A DNA stretch of 64,000 bases from the NCBI GenBank assembly GCA_010405405.1, contig MU004230.1, forward strand, positions 964,627 through 1,028,626. The letters run 5' to 3'. The first letter of the stretch is position 1, and each line of letters opens with the position of its first letter. Shown here piece after piece: positions 26,080-38,937 of the stretch. The notes under the pieces were generated by a model, which did not search any database, was not told where the DNA came from, and was given only the letters and a program-made list of their open reading frames with translations. Origin of the DNA: Microthyrium microscopicum (Eukaryota). Made by a program: the position numbers and the translations under genes.

Positions 26080-28021
26080 CTAGAACCCACTCTTGGTTTC
26101 AAAGTAGTCATGGCATTCCTTAACCCGATTCACAGGTACCACAAACACAGGATGCACCGGCATTACTTTTACTTCTTCACTCCAAGGACCTTCCGACTCG
26201 CGTTCTATGCGCCACTGAAATGGAGCTGTTAAAGCAACAATGCCAGCCAACTCATCATCAAGCGTCTCGCTACTATTCTCGCCCTCGGGCACCACATACT
26301 CGGCCACATACTGGGCCGCGCTAAGACCCGCAAGGCAGTAGTTGGTGTGATAAGCATCAGGATGCTTAGAAGGCTTATCACGCAACCCACCGCGATCCCC
26401 CTGGCAGCAGCACAGGATATAGCGCGCCAGACCCTCGCGGGACCACAGATCCGTAGTGACCAGGCCGAGCGCAGCAGACAGCAGGGACCAGCAGCCGCCG
26501 ACCCAGTGGCTATAGCAGCCGTCCACAAGCTTGTTTGTGCGCCCGGCAAAGCCAGTTTCGGGGGCATGCTGCAGTGATGAGAGGCAGTGGATCAGCGACG
26601 GCACGTCAAGATACCTGGGTTCGAGAAAGCGTTAGTTTCTTGGCAGGGCGAGCGGGAATATGTAGTGTGACGAAAGAGAGGCCAACTTACTTGGGGATCA
26701 TTTTTGCTGGCGGACCAATTATGCTTAGGCAGGCGAGCGCGCAAAAGGCATAGGCGCCATGAGCTTCACTATCAGGCAGTCCGGCGATCCCTCCTTCGTA
26801 TGTTTGACATCGTTGAATCCATTCAGGAAGGCCGGTGAGAAAAGTTTCGTTTCCATTTACTCGGGCGGGGGAGTCGGGCGGAAGCTCGAGTGGAAGATTT
26901 AGCAAGGCTATCAAGGTCATTGAGCAGTAAGCTCCGCTGTGACCTTGTCAGATATTTTGGTCCAATTATCTTTTCAAGAAAAATGATTCGTGCTTACCGA
27001 ATATCTTCCTCCCCTCCGGCACACACTGTGAACCCACCGTCTTTCTGCTTCATCCGCCCCAACCAGTGCCACCTACAAGTAGACAAATTAGTGGATGGTA
27101 GCAGCCGACAAGGCCAGAACATACATATTCTTACGGTCCACGGCATCAAGCGCCTCCTTGCCTCCCACTGTTACCAGGGCCAGGATAATTGCATAAGATG
27201 TTGCAGAGTGCGCCAATTGTCCAGCTCCACCGCCAAAGCCACCATCTGGATTTTGCACTTGTTGAGCCGTTGCAATGACGCTGGGAGATAATTAGTAAAA
27301 GAGACGTACACAAAGCAAAAAGCAGAATAACGAAGAGCTACGGGCCGGTCAACTGTCACGGGAGGCCCGGACCGCCGCCCCGAGCGTTTATGCAGTCAAT
27401 GTCACACAAAACAAATGTGACAAGTGGCTCGGCCGAGGCTGATCATATTGGCTGTACAAGGCTGAGCTGGCACGACGCAGCGGGTGAGGTGGGGACTGTG
27501 GGAGCATCATACCGGTCTCTCCACTGGGACGGGTCTTCACCGAGCATATGCAGTCCAACCAAGCTCCAGTACACTGTCCAGGGCCGACTAGAGTCCATAG
27601 GTGTGAATCCTTTAGGGTATGTCATTTCTATGCTGGTCTTTAAAAATTTGATATGTTTTGCTCGTTGAAGTCTGGGAAGGCCTTCCTCTGTCAAGTTTTC
27701 GGGCTCAAAATTTTGGAGAGTAAGGAACGGAAGACATTCTTTCACGGTTTCGTCCTGCGCTTCAGAAGATGTTGTTTCCAAGTGAGAGTCCTTAATCAAC
27801 GGTAGATCTAAAAAGATAGATGAAACGGCTGGAACAGTCATGGTGGTGTCGGTTGGATCCTCGTCTTCTCCAGATATGCGGTTGGATGTGATAGAGGTAC
27901 CTGAACGGAAGGGGAGAGATGTTGTGGACGCGGGATAGGATGACGAGGGTGTTGAGGACTGCATTTTTGAAGTGCGATAGAATTTTGCTTTTCGTTTTAG
28001 CCGTGGGATCCGAAATGACAT
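26080..28021 (-). CDS. RAM1: Protein farnesyltransferase beta subunit
   Basis: MDSSRPWTVYWSL, DGGFGGG.GQ.AH, GGEEDIR, CQTYEGGI...EAHGAYAFC, GRTNKLVDGCYSHW, GGLRDKPSKHPDAYHTNYCL. Multi-exon; first intron 27281-27512. Start is 28021 or 27964. Confidence 0.95.
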
Positions 28022-29038
28022 GTGAGGCCCTGGGAATGTGTTGAGAACAATTCTTTGCTCCCTAGAGATAGGTATTGTTGTCCAGGAATGCAGGCTAACT
28101 CATTGCCCTGGGTCATGGATTCCTGAAGTTGGGTATACAAGCCTTTAGTGATAGATTTGTCAGAAGACTCTTTTGGAGCTTTGAGGGATTGATGATGAAA
28201 ACAAATAAGGCTGTAGGTGTTGACTGGATGATTTTGTGTCTGAAAACTGTAAGGCGCAAGAGATTTATTCGATGGCAGGATTGCAGGATTGGAAACTGAC
28301 GATGTGCAGTGCAGTTGAGAAGTCAAGGAAAGGACCCCCACGTGATATGTCTTGCCATTGATCAATGATTCAAGCCATTGATTGATCAATCGATCAACAT
28401 CAAACCAGCTGTTCAGTAGCTTTAGGTTTTTATAGGCAAAGAGAAGTAAATATTTAGAATCGAGCAAGCAACCATGTGTTACCTTTTGTTTGTCTGATAT
28501 CATATATTTAAAACATGTGTGGACGTATCATAAGAATCGGTTTCAAGATTACAAGCAGACTCAAACGTCAAGAAAATCAATCAGACACTCAAAACACGTA
28601 GATTGTTCATATCGTACTTTGAGATGGAAAACAGGATCCAACGTATAAGAAGTCGCTTCTCAAACAATCTATTTTCAAGAAAGAAATTGTTCCACCCAGT
28701 TGCTTCGAATTTTCAGCACAAGCAATTGATACAATAATTCAACGCGCACTATGCAATTCCACCTGCCATACTTCCGCTCAAAATGAAGCTGACCACTGGC
28801 TATGTTTTGGTTTTTCCGCGAGGAAATGGTTTGTGGGTAATAAAGTCGTTATGTGGGAAACATGAAGGCAATCATGATCATCAATCATTGGTCAGGTAGG
28901 GCGCGAGCCGGACTTTCATATCTTCGTAGGTTCTGTGGGTCGTTACGGTCGTCAAATGGTTATCTTCGTAAAATGCGTTGCTGAAATCGTCGTCGAATCG
29001 TTTAGAGGTCATGAACATGTGGCAGGCCTTGAGGGTAT

Positions 29039-29741
29039 CTACGAGTACCAGCCAGCTTCGCGCAGGCAATAGCCACAGCGAGAGTGTTGAACGATATAGC
29101 CTCGAGCACACATGCAGACATGAGGCTGTCCAGAGCCATGAGAGCTAATGCTAGACTTTCGGCTTCCAGGGGCTTCGTTGTCACTGCCGTCTACTGTGCG
29201 TGGGCTCCGGCTGCTGTTACGGCTGAGAGTACCTCCGTAGGCATTAACACCATTGTACTCAGGGCCAGTGTATCGGCTTTGTCGCCGGCCAGTACCAATG
29301 GCGACTGGCAATCCTTGTGTTACGCCAGCTTGGCCTTGTCGCTGTCCTGGATACATGCCATCATTGACCGAGAAATTGTAGCATAGAAGATAGGCAGACT
29401 CTGCAGCCTTTTCGCGAGCCAATTTCTCTGAAGCATAGGCTTCGTCGGATGTGTATTCCCGATTATTTACTCGAACGCGGCAAGTGAAGCCTTGTCGAGA
29501 ACGACGGGTCTCAAAGACGGGTTCTGCCCAGCTCCGACGCTCGCAAAGACCTGCGGATACCACCATTAGCCTCAATTGGAGCGCAAAATGTAATTGTTTT
29601 CGAATAAAATAACAGAACCAATGGGATGTAGTTAACCCACTAGCTACCCCTGTTGTTTGGTCGAGTCCACACCTGTGGCGAATGGGGAATACAGACACAA
29701 AATTTCTTTCACTTACTGATAAGATATTGAATGTAAAACAT
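29039..29741 (-). CDS. Small protein with an N-terminal dsRBD-like domain
   Basis: Exon 1 MFYIQYLI; intron 29551-29716 (GTAAGT...CTAAT...CAG); then SLCERRSWAEPVFE...FTCRVRVNNREY...SEKLAREKAAESAY, a dsRBD alpha-beta-beta-beta-alpha pattern. C-terminal CxC...CxxC. Confidence 0.8.
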
Positions 29742-32700
29742 TTTGACGTTGAATCAAATTGAAGTCGAACAAGAAACTCTGATTTTAAGAACAATTCGAG
29801 AATTAACAGTGGCGAGCTAATTCTGGTCGTGTGATTGACTTGGAGCGGTGTGAAATAGAATAGTCTATATGAAGACAAGTAGTGGTGAGATGATGTCAGG
29901 GAGCCCCCAGGTACTTCTTAGCTATCATGAATCAATCAATTGGAAGAAAGGCTGAAAGTAAGAACATCAAAGGCAATTGCTTGCGAAGAAGGGAATACCC
30001 CTTTATACAATCTTACCAAGGAACGGTAGTCAACACATGTTTATACTGGAAGTGAACTGTAGCGGCAAGCACGGAAATATTTTGATATGCAGCCGAGCCC
30101 ACCGACGACCACAAGGCGATGACACCACGCGTGGATTGGCGGTGGGGAAAAGGCTGGCCAACCGGGGCCCAGAACTACAATACTGAGGCTCAATCGGAGT
30201 GGTAAGGGTCCCGTAATGTAATGATGTGTTGGCGTTGATTTTGGCCAGTGGAATATAATCAGACAATTGAGGGGGCCAAGGCAGGCCTAGGAGGGTCGAG
30301 AAACATCCCAGCTAGGAACAACTAGGCTGGTCCCAATCGAGGTACATTTGATATTCACTTCCTGTTGCTCAATGCTCTTGAGCATAGACCATGATGCGAC
30401 AGGAAGGTGCCGATAATAGCTACTGCAATACTACCATGGTCTTGGATAGCAGCATGAGAAACAATGTCATACCCCGCGAACGTTGATACGTAACCAAGCA
30501 TCAATGAATACACGGCGGCTGGCTCGGGCTTCGAGGATAAAGATTGATAAATCGAGAAAGCACCGACCAAAACATTCTAGGATGGCACTAATGCGGTGGC
30601 GACGTCTTGCCGGAGACGCAATGCCATATGACAAGACGCAAATCTTCGGCTATGGTTAAGAAGGGAATGGCGGCGAGAGCTTGAGATAGCTTTGATGCCG
30701 GTAGGTGAGAGGGGTGGCTTCCGTTCCCGGAGAAGTGGGATGATGGGAACAGAGGCCGGAGAGGTGTAATTCAGAGCAAACCAAATTTGAATTCGTGAAC
30801 GCAGCTAAGTGTCGCGCATTGAAATTCAAGCTCAGGGCGAACAAGTAGCTCAAGCCAGGGTGACTGGTGGGGAGATGAACACATTGCAAGACACCACAAG
30901 AGATGTTTCGGCTATGGCGTGCGGCCGGAGCTGGATAGGCACAACACCAAACCGTTGCAGAATTGCAGTTGATCCAAACTAGCTGCGATGGACGGATTTG
31001 CCGCTGTAGGTGGCACAGGAATAAGACGCTGTTGGCCTGCTTGCAGTTTGATACATGCTGCAAATGCGAGGCCTTGATGTCTGCCGCCGGTCAAGAGATT
31101 GTCGTGTCACTGTATGAATTGCTGGAGACAAGATGTGTAGCTTGGAAGCGTCGAATCCTGAACCACGGCTCCGCATTTGAGTGGCTGGCCTTGTTCGAGA
31201 CTGACGGCCGCTAAAGATGCATATCCAGCAAGTTCGTTGGCCACCGGCCATTTGGATTTGATCTCTAGGCGATTGTAGGCAACTCTTGCCCACGCGAACG
31301 GCCCTTTTTGGGCTTGATGAACAGGTGCATGCCCAGATCGTGCAAAGATGGAGAAGACTCGCGGGTCTGCATGCCACTGGCAAACGTGCAGCCTTGTTGA
31401 GCACTGCCAGTTCATCATGCATAAAGCTTTGCGAACATTAAGCATGGGTGTGTCCGTCCACTCGTCTGCAACCACAGCTGTTTTTCGAGACGATTCTGCA
31501 CAACCCAAGCTGCTTGGGGGAGCATCAACTGCGGGGACATGCTTTCTCTGCTTGCTGCTGAGTTTTGAGTTGGTGGTCAATAATGGTGGCGAGCGAAGAC
31601 AGTTTGCCATCTGCCACGGCGCATGTACAAAAGCTTTTTTTGCATATTGTGCGTGGAGACGATGCTGTGACAGGTGGTTGTCCTGAGCCACGAGCTGATT
31701 GGCGACAACTGCCGACAGTGACCTGCCAGTAAGCCAGCTTCCCCAGGTACGGTTCCTGTGGAGCACGGCGATTATTTGAGGACAGCTGAGATGAGCCAGA
31801 ATCTCGTCACTCGTGGATCTGGCTCAACGGCCGCTGGAGGCCCACTGAAGGACGATGAATGGGCCGAACAACAGGTGTCGATGAGCTTGCCGGTCCATTG
31901 TTGGCTGGTGAAGAGAGGCGAGGACGGGAAGCAAGCAAGCAGTATCCTTGATGACGAGGAATCGACATGGACAGCTGTGAGTAATGCATGCCAAGTGGAT
32001 GTAGTGCAAGGAAAAAGAGGGGAGAAGACCATGGAAGTTGTTGCGGTGAAGAAGCACAGCAGCGTGTGAGCGTCAGTTGAGTTTGCTGAGATGCGTCTGG
32101 TCTCTAGACCTATTTTGGACTAAGGAGTCACGGAGCAGTATCCAGATTCCAGCAAAAGCCCACAATCAAATTGCCGATCATGAAGCAAGAACATTTTGTA
32201 CAGGTTAGCCGCGGACGGTTTCTCGAGTCTTGACAACCAGTATCTGTCATGGGAATAAAAGCATACCAATGCTCCATTTACATTCTCCTAAACTACTCAT
32301 GCAAACAGTCATAGAAACAGGTACACGGGCATGAAATCCTCGAGTCAAAAGCGCGTGCATTTGTGAACACTGAACTTCTAAAGCCACAGTGATCGGCGCC
32401 AGCGCCTTTTTCTCTTAGTAACTTCCAGCGGTTAAAAAGCTCCGCGGTTGCCGCCAAGTTCACCAACCACGATCATTGTAAATATCATTCAGTTGTCACA
32501 CTCACTACACTGTATCACTACATTGGACAATCAATTGGAACTATTGGTGCTTATGGTAGGTATTGATATGTCAACCCAGAGTGTTATCGAAGCGAACATC
32601 GCATGAAAGCTCCAACTTGGTACAATTGAGTGGTGGAAAGTTTTTGGATCCGCGTTCGCCATCTTTCCCATTCCAATGCCCCCTGGAAAAACGTGCAGCA

Positions 32701-33564
32701 AGGGCAGATTTGGCTGTAGCCTTCACCTCGCTGGCTGTCAAAGTTCGGTCAGCAGCCAAGTAGAAAGCTGAGACGGACTACTATTAGATCCGTATGTCGC
32801 AAGCTCCCCAAACCAAACAGGGTTCAGAAGATTCCCGAACTGCTTCTCCAGTCCTCATCAACGCCTTGCAGCTCGTGTAAATACCCGTGAATCCTATCCA
32901 CTTAGAGTTGAAGCGCTTATTCTTGGGCACGTTTACGGCTTCGGCCCGTTGATGAGCCCACCAGTCTGGTTATCGCCGATAATCCCAGTTCGGCATTTCG
33001 GACTTTCGGAGGCTGGGAGGTCGGCCACAAATAACCAAAGTCGATATTGAAGCAGAAAAAGCAAAGAGTTGTCTAGTAAATGTGGTCTCAACAAGTCAGA
33101 GACTGACGGGTCAAACCAAGCCAACTCATCTCTCAATACGGAGTAAAACGCTGAGCTTCTCCGCATATCAAATTGATAACCATCAGTCTCGATATCATTA
33201 CGGTTGGCAGAATATGATTTGCCGCACTTCTTGCTGAACCACGAGAATCACAATCGTGTAATGATATTCAACCAATAATTTCGTCTGCCACTACTCGGTT
33301 GTACGGATTGCGGAATGTTGTGGAATCATGATAGATTATTTAGCATCGATGCTCGCGTTTCGCTTTGGTGGAGCAGTCTCAAATGAAGTAAGCAAGCTCA
33401 ACACCGACACCGCAAGCCCCCTCCAACAGCATAATATCATCTAGCACATCAGGATCACCACACTAGATACCTAATTTACTACAAAAAGGTGACACATGTC
33501 ACTTACTTCGAAAGTACTGAGCTCCAAATTCTCTACCATTTTACCTAGCACCACGCCTTCAAAC

Positions 33565-33951
33565 ATGGTTCAAATCGTCCGACAAACCTTTTTCCGCCTG
33601 CCAGCAGAGCACCATAAGGCGGCTGAAGCTGCGTACGAAAAAATGAGAGGCGCCAACAAGAAGGTAGGCACTAGTTGTTGGCTATTGACTACTGCATCGG
33701 AACTGGTTTTATGATCTAACCAAGCATAATAGGATGGACGAGACTACATTGTAGACCTGCAAGTTTACAAACTACACAACGACCCCCGATCTGGAGGATT
33801 CACTTTCATGGCCAGAAGTGTGTTCTCCAGTCTAGATGATATGAGATATTACGACGACCAAGACGAGGCTCATACAGAACTCAAGAAGACTCTTAAGCCC
33901 AATGTTCTTGGTGGGCAGGATGGTGTTATGACCGTGTACATGGATGCGTAG
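33565..33951 (+). CDS. Stress-responsive A/B barrel (Dabb) domain protein
   Basis: MVQIVRQTFFRLP...ANKK|DGRDYIV...DPRSGGFTF...FSSLDDMRYYDDQDEAHTELK; intron 33664-33732. Confidence 0.85.
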
Positions 33952-35014
33952 ATGTCATGATTTATGTATCTATGCTCTGCAAAGGAGGATAAATCAATAT
34001 ATTTGCGGTGGTCATATCTTCCTTAGCAAGCTTCTATGGAATTGGACACAAGGTTCCTCGAGTTGTAACGGCTTCTCTCTTTTAAACACATGCCATCAAC
34101 GTCTTAAGAAGACCAGGATATACTATTGGATGGTTTGTATAAGCATCCTTGTTGCAATCCATAGCTATGCTACAGGAACATAAAGTTTGTTCCAAACATG
34201 ATGCAGTTTCACAGACCTAAAGCTGAGGTCTCTCAACGACAAGCCCTCACACTTCATATATCTGCGACCTCTACCACGCTTCAACCCAGGAGATATTCAC
34301 TTGTTCGCTCGCATCTGTTCGCAGGTCTTCAGTGAACAGTTGCGATATCAAAAAGGTTGACAACACACTTCTATAAGCACCAAAGCTGACGTTTGCTAGT
34401 AGCTTGTTTCAACCTGTAGCCCGGAGTAAGACACTGGATAATCTGGGATCTGTAGTTCAATTAATATGCCCCAACTGGACTTTATAGCCCTCAAAAGACC
34501 CAATAACTCTGCAGGGCGAGATTAGGGGCAGAGTACTCGTCAGTTGCAATCTATTCTTTGCCACTCATTATCCAGTAAAGCACTGGTATTCTCCCCATGG
34601 TAGTTCAGGGCGGTGGATGTAAACCTGGCTCATTTTTAACTTCACTGTTACATTCCACAAACCATCTACGCACAACACCCTTTGGCTTCTCTTCTGGCTC
34701 CCAATGCTCAATGCCATGCTCTGTCGAAGCAAGATAGGAGAAGGTTGATAACATCAATCTTTCTGTCCGCCTTCGACAACAACACAAATCTCCCGGTGCC
34801 TATATCATCCGGGGACATCCTTCGGCCTGAATATCTTCACAGAAGAACGAACCGTTATACGTAGATACCTGTCCAACTCTGCTTCAACCGCTCACGGTGT
34901 AACTCGGCAGTCGCTATACTCAAGGGAAGCGACCCTCCCACTGACGAAAAGACGTACACCCTCCCATTCGCTTCGAAAAACACAGCCTAGGCCTCCTCCG
35001 CATATCCTCCCAAT

Positions 35015-35338
35015 ATGTCCGAGCAGGGCGATTTCCTAGCTCCAAACTCCCCCTTCGACGGGTCACAACCATTCGCTCCAACACAGGCCAATAGTCCGCC
35101 AGTCCAACCAACCGCCCTGCAACTTCCCAAAGGCCACCATTACCCAATCGTAAACATCACTACACCGCCACCGCCCATAAGTAACGCGGAAAAATGGAGA
35201 GTGCCCACTATTCTGGTGTTGACAATCAGTGTGGTGCTAGGAATAGGTATGGTTATGTTCCTCATGTGGGTGGCATATCGAAAAGTCAAACAATTACGAC
35301 AATTACGAAGGCAGGAAGAGATGTCCCAGCGAGCATAG
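35015..35338 (+). CDS. Small single-pass membrane protein
   Basis: 107-aa ORF with Pro-rich N-terminus, one hydrophobic span (ILVLTISVVLGIGMVMFLMWVAY) and a basic stop-transfer segment. Confidence 0.55.
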   Translation: MSEQGDFLAPNSPFDGSQPFAPTQANSPPVQPTALQLPKGHHYPIVNITTPPPPISNAEKWRVPTILVLTISVVLGIGMVMFLMWVAYRKVKQLRQLRRQEEMSQRA

Positions 35339-35903
35339 CGATGATTTAATGATTTGGGAAAGGGTTTATTCAACGAGGCGTCAGATTTGCATACGTGCAT
35401 TGGTTTGGCAGCATAAGGAGTTGGGGATGGATTCGGATTTTGGAGCATATGAATATCATAACATCTGTTCAACATTCAAAAGCAGATGAGATGATATTTA
35501 GGGCGATAAGAGAGAAGCAATGCATTTATTTCCAGTCTCCTAATGCCCCCGTCAAGTCTTAGTGACGGTCCGAAATTAAGGTTTTAAGCAGAATGCTCAG
35601 CCTACGAAAGTGAAATTGTTAGAACCAGGTCAAATTTTATGAACAAAGACGACTCCGTTGAGTTACGAGTTTCGCATATGCTATTGTCGAGGTAAGTTCG
35701 AACTAATGCCAGCGAAAACAGCGAAATCATCCCATGTTGGTCATTTGGTAAACGCATCAACCCAGCAGTAAAAGGAGACAGAAGAACAAGCGAATGAGGA
35801 TTGAACTATCAGGCCAAAACCGGCTAAACAACCAGATCTTGTCAGACCCCAGAACTAAACGACAGCAACAGCACATCTCCAGCTTATCAGCGCGCCTGAA
35901 CTT

Positions 35904-38900
35904 TTATGTTTTAACGCGATCCAAAAGATGTCCCCCAACCGGTTCCTTACTCGCTTTAGGAGGGTGTTCCCGATTACTTTCTTTTACATGGGCAAAGTTT
36001 TCTGGGGAATACAGCCCACACATGCTATTGTCCCAGTTACATTTTGGATAGTCTGGATGTTGCTGCATGACTTTCTGTTTCACGTCTTGAGGCCAGTCGT
36101 ATGGATGCTGCATCTTCTTTGGCAGCGGCGTTTGGCGAATCTTGGGCGGTGTATCTGCGTTACCTGTGGGGGGTTTGGGCGGTATAGGTTGCTCTGGTAG
36201 GGCAGCTATAGGTTTCGGTGGTGGTGTTTGGCGAATGATGAGTGGATTTTCTGCTGAACTCTTCGGTGGATCAGGTTGGGCTTGTATGGTAGCTATTGGT
36301 ATGGGAACATTTACTTTCTCTGGAATACCCGCTTCTTGTGGTATAAAGGCTCCTAGCTTGGTTGAATATACCTTCACAGGCTGCGTCCAAGCGATATCCG
36401 GCGTGGTTCCTGCCAAAGATGAAGGGTTCGGAATAGTTGCAGTAGTAGGGGACCCTGGAGGCGCCTCAACATGGCTCGGACGAGGAGATGTAGTAGCGCT
36501 TGTAGCAGCATCCACAGGTTGGCTCTCGACAATACTGGTAGGACGTGACATCTGTAAAGCCCCCGTTGTGGTCACGGTTGTGGAGGGTCGTGTTATCGGT
36601 GAAGCGTCTGTAGTGTTTACACCTGGAGTGGTCACAATTGAGGAGGGACGTGTCATCGGTGAAGCCTCTGTAGTGTTTACACTTGGAGTGGTCTTTGAAG
36701 GCACTAGGGGTTTACCCCAGGCATCGATAGGAACTTTAGCGATTGGACGACCATCCAATGTAATTATCAGCCAGGCTGCTTGTGTGCCCGGAGGAGGTAG
36801 TTTTGTGCCATTGGCAAGAGGGTAGACTTCCGTCACCTTACCCCAAGGAAATTTGGGAAGTGCCTTGGGAGGTACTACAGTGTCATTTGCGATCAGAGGG
36901 GTTTCCGTAAGATTCCCGGTAGTCGGTGCTGGTACTGGGTTGCTGTCTGAGTTTTCTGGTTTTTGAGAGGTAGGAAGGTCGCGCTTTGAATACCGAAATG
37001 TTGTTTCTACTTCAGGATACTGACATGGCTGTTCACAGCCTGGACGGGGGCGCTCATTATATGCGTACCGGGATGTATCGAAGCAGCATGGTTCCTCAGG
37101 GTTCTGGACATATGGAACGATGTATTCATTGCGATCATCGGGCTGGTAGTTATTCTCCGCCTGGTAAGGTTGCCATTCGTCCTTGACCTCATACCTGGTG
37201 CGTTCATGACCATCTTCAGTCACATACCCTGCGTAGTGTTCACGTTCATTTTTTTCGACATCCCAGTATCCTCGCCATGAGGGATCAGGATACCAGTGCC
37301 ACTCGTCATCAGTTGGATAACCGTTTGGACCAACGTTCTCAAACTCTGGGTTCTGGGCATTAATGTTAGCGTCCTGAACAGCATCGGTATTGTAGTACTG
37401 TTTCCCAAGTAGGGAATTGTCGATCTCCACCACGGGATGAGTTTTTTGTCGTTCATCATCCCACCATGACTCGTCGTCAGACCATTGTTGTTGTCGAGAC
37501 TTGTCTTTTTCGCGATTGAGGGCTTCACGCTCGGCCTCGACTTGATGGCGTAAACGTTCACGTTCACGCTCCTCTACCGCCAACTTCCACTGAAGGCGAC
37601 GTTGTTCTCGGACGCGGTCTCGTTCATGCTCAAGGTTTTCGTGGTCCTTTTTGCGGCGATAGTCCTCTTCTGCTCGCTGGAATTCCTCGAGGCGGGCCCG
37701 GTCTTGATTATCAGCTGCCTCTTGGCTTTGGCGCATAAGCTGTTCGCGGATGCGTTGGCGTCGTGCTTCTTGTCGGCTCTTCTCTAGTTCTGTACGCTCT
37801 TTGCGTAGAGTCTCAATTCGCTCACGGGTCTCCTCGATATGTGCAAGATGTCTGTCGCGGCGAGCCTCTTCTTGCTCCATTTCCCAGACCTTGTTGTGGC
37901 GATCACAGCTGACACCGGCGGCACAGTTGGAACCAACAACTCGGGCACTCATGACAAAAGGGTTTACATGAGACTTGCCTTCGTTGAACTTTAAGTAACA
38001 AGATCCATCCAGCTCGTTGGGAACAAACACTATGGCCTTGCACTGTCGAACTGAAGTACAAGTATTGATGCAGGCATCAAGCGAAGTCTCCGTCTCCATC
38101 TTCATATCTCGGCCACCAAAGTCAGCGTAGCATGCGATTTCGAAACGGGCACCTTGTTTGGACTCGAAAATGCGGCCATTGTGCTCTGGGCACTTGAGCT
38201 TGCCGCCATCATCGGGTTCATACTTGGGCAATAGATTGTGTTTGAGTGGGCAGTTTCCTTTGCATGGTACTGGGTAGGGTGCTTGAAGGGGCGCAGGAAC
38301 CCATGGCTCGCGAGGGTGCTTTCCCTTGCCCTCTTCAGGCCCACCCTCAGTCTCGATGTAGTCTTCTTCCTCTTCGTTGCCGCAGTCATCACCCTCGCAG
38401 AGGAGCATGGGTTGGTTGCGGTCGAGATCGATCTCATCGGGTAGGTCATTCGTGTACTCAAAGTCCATGTCCTCTGGGATGATGTAGCCATCGACAATAG
38501 TGGCGTCATATTCTTCTGCGTCCACTCCCGCGTCGTCGTAATCGAATTGATCATCATGATCGTAATAGTCGGCGTCCATTGTATCGCGAGCCGCATAGTT
38601 GATCCATTGAGACTCGGCATCGACCTCATGGTCGGATTCATCAATCAGAGCGCCGGTAAAGTCATGATCGTGGGACAGAGGAGGAACAAAGTCTCGGTCC
38701 AGCAACGATCCATGATGTTCACCACCTTCCAAGTCAGATCCAGAAGCCTGCAACACAAAATCGGTTAGTTTCGCTCATACACCAATCAGGCCACAATGCA
38801 CCCAAATCACTTACTTCATTCTCAACGCTTAGTAGGTTTCCATATTCATTGGAGTTTTGACTGATTATAGGAACTGCAAATACGGAGGACAGCGTACTGA

Positions 38901-38937
38901 GCGCCAAAAGCGCCCTGAGAGCCATCAAACTCCTCAT
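35904..38937 (-). CDS. Large secreted protein: acidic region, PAN/apple domain, E/R-rich helix, Pro/Thr-rich tail
   Basis: Signal peptide exon (38815-38937); intron 38750-38814; PAN motif FEIACYADFGGRDM...SLDACINTC...CKAIVF...CYLK. Confidence 0.8.
36568..36693. repeat. 60-bp coding tandem duplication (TTPxVNTTxASPxTRPS)
   Basis: Two near-identical 60-bp units in register. Confidence 0.9.

Noticed and set aside
27380..27500. RNase MRP/P-like AGTCCCC...GGGGC pairing inside the RAM1 intron
   Set aside because: The conserved GARAG and terminal CR-V contexts are absent; kept only as a generic structured-intron note.
30355..32763. Many overlapping 60-220 aa ORFs in the long intergenic region
   Set aside because: Mostly non-ATG starts, found on both strands, with no domain-like content; treated as non-coding.
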